Shown: piece after piece, positions 61,601 to 64,000 of the stretch
Position numbering within the stretch: position 1 is the stretch's first letter
How the letters are laid out: the number at the start of each line of letters is the position of its first letter
Source: Azolla caroliniana
Lineage: Eukaryota > Plantae > Polypodiophyta
Direction of reading: 5' to 3'
Length of the DNA: 64,000 nt
Assembly (NCBI GenBank): GCA_043228905.1
Contig: JBHGNT010000022.1
Coordinates: forward strand, 3,782,001-3,846,000
The notes under the pieces: model-generated
What the model was told of the DNA's origin: nothing
Seen by the model: only the letters and a program-made list of their open reading frames with translations
Databases searched by the model: none
Made by a program: the position numbers and the translations under genes

Positions 61601-64000
61601 AGAATGATTTGTGTATCTCACCAACTCAAATATATTCTCATAGATATTGGATAGATTGGTTATAAAACTCTTGTTGGCTTTGCATGATTTTGTTATTGAT
61701 GTTTCAACATGACATCTTATGATTTTTTATAGGTCCACAAGTATGCCATTTGCATTGTAAGCCATGTCCCTCGTACATTGCTTCTTCTTTTCCTCTTACA
61801 AATGATGGATGCTCTTTTGTTTCATTTTATCATTGGTTATGTTTAAGATCATGAACAGATACATGACCTATAGGAAGATTCATAGTTGATTAAGAATATA
61901 GATAGTAGAGCTATTTGACTATTTATTCTCTATACAATAGCCTACTTGTATATCGAGATTCACATGTATACCATTAATTCTTCTTGATTGTCAATGACGG
62001 GGAAACCCTCCTATGCTTTTAGTTTGCATATCTGTGCTACAATAATATTGAGTTAACTCTACATGACACGTAAACCCCCCCGACATTAAAAAAGCCATTC
62101 AAAAATGCGAATGCATTCATAATGGAAAGATGGAAACCCCACTAGTTTAACAATGACATAAACATGTGCTAGGGTCGAGCAAGGTATCATGTTTTTAAGT
62201 GAACAAAGAGAGGTATCAATGATCAAAACATGAAGAACATACATGCACATACAAGTAGCTTCATACTTTTGAAGCTAGATGTAGGTGTATCGGTTGAGAA
62301 ACCTATGAATCATACATCTTTAAGTCATGTTTTGTGTATTGTTAAATGTAATGCCTTTGCCCATTGACACTTATGGAAAATATTTTACAATATTGGCCAG
62401 ATGAATGATCTCTATTATTAGACTTCGTAATTTCAATATTATGTGATAAGCCTCAATAAAGTCATTGTCTACGGACAAGTTATTATTTGCAAGTTTGTTT
62501 CATTTTGCCTTAACTATTTATATTTAACAAGACATCACATGTGGGAGTATACTGTGATAGATTTGACCTTATACATTATGTAATTATCGAGACATTATGT
62601 GCAAAAAGTACATAGTGAATGCATTGAGTTCATGCATGATGCAATTAACAAGGTGAGAGTATTGGGTTTACCATTGAAATAAGAGTCCTTAGACTACTAC
62701 TTAAAGTAATTTCGGTCGTACCTTTTGAAGTTCTAACTTTCTCATACAAATATGACGGTGTAGTGAGAAATTTTATGCTTTGCAAAGTCGCAATTGTGAA
62801 ATAAATCAAGGTCAATGAGGATTGATATTGTGTACATTGCAAAAAAGCTTCATCAATTTCAATCAAGATTTTGCAAACAATTTGATTGCTATTAAAGAAT
62901 GGTTAAAAGGTTTCCATTGACCTTTACTATACACAAAAATGTTGAAGGAAATTATATAATATGAACATTGAAGATGAGAAAGACGGCAAGAGACAAATGA
63001 AACTAGAAGATGTGCCATTAGATGAGGTCAATAAATTTTATAGTTAGGTGTGTGCAAAGATGACAACCATACAACTGTCATGCATAAGTGACAAGAGCAT
63101 CAATAATAATAAATAGTCAATCAATCTAGAACATAGTGAAAGTTCTCTAGCTACATACAATCTATTGTTATGCCTTCTACACCCATGCATACACACATGA
63201 ACAATGATTGAAAGATATATTAATGTCACAATGTAGATCTATGTGTTTTGGCCACATGCATTCATGATTATATGCTATAACATATTAACACCTAACCATT
63301 TCAACAAGGTTATAATGTCAGCATTCAAATATTTAGAATAGTGACATAAACCATGATGCATCCATTTGGATAATATGGTATACTCGCAAAATAATTGTCT
63401 GCTAGCATAAAAACAATGGCATATGTTTATATATACAACCATCTTTATCATACCAGTTTATTATTATTATTCTTATAGAAAAATAGAATCAATCTCACTA
63501 TGGTAGCCACCTAGTAAACATCAAGTTGCTATCTGATGTTTTTGAATCGTGACTAAATCTTGTAAAATCATATGGGTTGTTACACATGATCAATAATCTC
63601 AGTAGTTGAATAGTTCACAAATACAACTAGCTCACCTAATATGAAAGTGTGATTGATGCATGAAACTTATTTGGCTGGGTACACGTACTAAACGGACAAT
63701 GATCCTTAGTTATAATTAAAAAAAATCATTTAGTGCACTAATGTGACATATATAATTACGACAACACAAGCAAAGAAGACTGCCCTTTGAGCAATGCATG
63801 TGGAGAAGGCTAAAGCAAGTCCCATTATTATTGTACCTAGTGTAAAAAGGAAGAAACCTATTGGACTTACTAACTGGAAATGGGTTGTTCATCAGTGGGT
63901 CATAGAACATTGAAAGTGTAGAAAATAGGGCTTTATCTTTTGAAATTCCCTGATATTTGCCCTATATTTGTCAAAGATTAGTTGTATTTCCTTTATTTAT

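Noticed and set aside
60400-64000. Short ORFs in the AT-rich tail
   Set aside because: No motifs or structure; ordinary intergenic sequence.

Overview
Land-plant genomic DNA. A seed-free lineage such as a fern or bryophyte is inferred from the retrotransposon types but cannot be confirmed here. Bases 1-48,350 are a deeply nested transposon stack that can be resolved by LTR ends, PBS/PPT and 5-bp target-site duplications (TSDs). It holds five Copia elements or fragments, four Gypsy elements (one a chromovirus) and two solo LTRs, nested six layers deep. Bases ~48,350-64,000 are AT-rich host sequence with one intact EIN3-binding F-box/LRR (EBF-like) gene on the minus strand. The most interesting object is a decayed DNA element at ~38,974-43,782. 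It pairs a Sola1-like DDD transposase (minus strand) head-to-head with an intron-containing gene (plus strand). That gene encodes a ParB/Srx-like domain followed by a prokaryote-type beta-class amino (N6-adenine/N4-cytosine) DNA methyltransferase domain with a DIPY motif. The methyltransferase is hidden from the ORF track by a 1-bp frameshift, stop codons and introns. All protein family calls come from motif recognition by eye; no searches were run.
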